This document shows, one piece after another, positions 62,305-64,000 of a DNA stretch of 64,000 bases. Position 1 is the first letter of the stretch. Each line of letters starts with the position of its first letter. Position numbers and translations under genes: made by a program. Where the stretch lies: positions 2,046,001-2,110,000 of the forward strand of contig OZ024761.1 of the NCBI GenBank assembly GCA_964016885.1, given 5' to 3'. The DNA is from Eledone cirrhosa. Taxonomy: Eukaryota. The notes under the pieces are model-generated. The model made no database searches and had not been told where the DNA came from. It saw only the letters and a list, made by a program, of their open reading frames with translations.

Positions 62305-62872
62305 ACAGAAGCCATAGTATCTAGAATAAGGATGGGTTGGAAGAAGTTTAGGGATCTGCTTCCTCTGTTGACAAAGAAGTGTTTCTTCCTACGAACGAAA
62401 GGCTGGTTATATGATGCCTGTGTGAGATGTGCATGGTAGTGAGACATGGGCAGCAACTGCAGAGGATATGCAACGGTTGGAGAGAAATGAAGCAAGCATG
62501 CTCTGATGGATGTGCAATGTCAATGTATGTGAACGACCAAGCATGGATGTGTTGAGAGAGAAACTGTGTATAAGAGGAATAAGTTATAGTGCGTGGGAGA
62601 GAAAACTGTGATGGTATGGATATGTAATGCGCATGGAGGATGACCGCTGGGTAAAGAAGTGCCAAGAAATCCGACTAGAAGGAAGACGCAGTAGAGGAAG
62701 ACCATGGAAAACATGGGCAGAGGTGTGTGAGAGTAGACCTCAGATCGCTGAAACTCATGGAGGAGATGACGAAGGACCGTGACAAGTGGAGAGATGCTGT
62801 GCTGAATAGGACCCATCCCACCCTTGCAAGCAGGGAAAAGTGGACGTAAAATGATGATGATGATGATGATGA
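62305..62872 (+). mobile_element. RTE subfamily 2, second decayed copy
   Basis: Aligns by eye to 17535-18100; (GAT)n tail. Confidence 0.88.
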
Positions 62873-62949
62873 CAGAAACATATGGCAAAGCAAATAAATT
62901 CATAATCTCTTCACGCTGGCATTTTATTTTTCTTGGTGCAATACTTGCT

Positions 62950-63316
<367 letters not shown>

Positions 63317-63625
63317 CAGTTGTCATGGCGGGTGACATTCCTAGAGCACCCACAAAGAGTGAAAAACCGCGAATATTGGGTGGAGTCCATAAAAATACCT
63401 CTAAACATCAAAATATAGCGTAAAATCTAGGCAAATACGGTAGATTGTTAGTAATTTAGTGTTACAAAGTGTGAAAAAATATATATTGCCATGAAAAAAA
63501 AAGGGAGATATTTACAATTCTGCGAATATGCGGGGTTTCCATGAACAATTATTAGTTAGGTTCTAAGGAAAATTCCACGAATAACTGGGACCGTAAATTC
63601 CAGGACTGCGAATATCAGGGGTACA

Positions 63626-63668
<43 letters not shown>

Positions 63669-63883
63669 AAAGTTTTATTTAAGATTGTTGGGTTACAACG
63701 AGTAAATATTTTATAACTGATATAAAAGCACTCAACAGTTTCTGGAGTAGGTTTACGATATTAAACAAATGGAAACTATATTTATATTTATAAAACCATA
63801 TTTATTTCGTTATATATATTTCTGGGATATCACATTATCACAAGGTATGTCACTAATTATTTATAAAACAGCTTATGTATTGT

Positions 63884-63947
63884 ATTTTGTCTGAGGAAGG
63901 CATAACATATTTTTAATATGATATCCCAGAAATATATATAACGAAAT
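63884..63947 (+). ncRNA. Type I hammerhead motif
   Basis: attttgt CTGAGGA aggcataa-catatt..aatatg-atatccca GAAA tatata TA acgaaat. Confidence 0.72.
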
Positions 63948-64000
63948 AAATATGGTTTTATAAATATAGTTTCCATTTGTTTAATATCGTATATATATAT

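Noticed and set aside
63317-63630. Possible Tc1/pogo-type MITE between (TA)n tracts
   Set aside because: Only one plausible terminus (ggggtacactg); the left end does not match well enough to call.

Overview
AT-rich, repeat-dense animal genomic DNA; the repeat families and microsatellite load suggest a cephalopod/Octopus-like mollusc (inference). One protein-coding gene spans almost the whole window on the minus strand: a PLEKHM2/SKIP orthologue (RUN domain, long disordered linker, C-terminal PH-type region). I traced 14 GT-AG exons by hand from 59935 down to the stop at 3332 (3043 coding nt, phases consistent throughout). The first exons were not found and probably lie beyond 64000. The introns hold Tx1/L1-clade, RTE, Penelope-like and R4/Dong-like retroelements, several SINE families, mariner, piggyBac, hAT and Helitron non-autonomous elements, a solo LTR, and more than 10 unrelated satellite arrays. 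Almost all other ORF-track entries are repeat artefacts. Main unexplained structure: (1) about 10 type-I hammerhead-ribozyme motifs, several in tail-out inverted pairs and with non-canonical stem-II closing pairs, including a short non-coding family with three related loci; (2) three stacked Tx1 copies whose every junction lies in (GATA)n, suggesting microsatellite targeting; (3) satellites apparently amplified in situ from splice sites, the gene's own stop codon and a retroelement ORF end.
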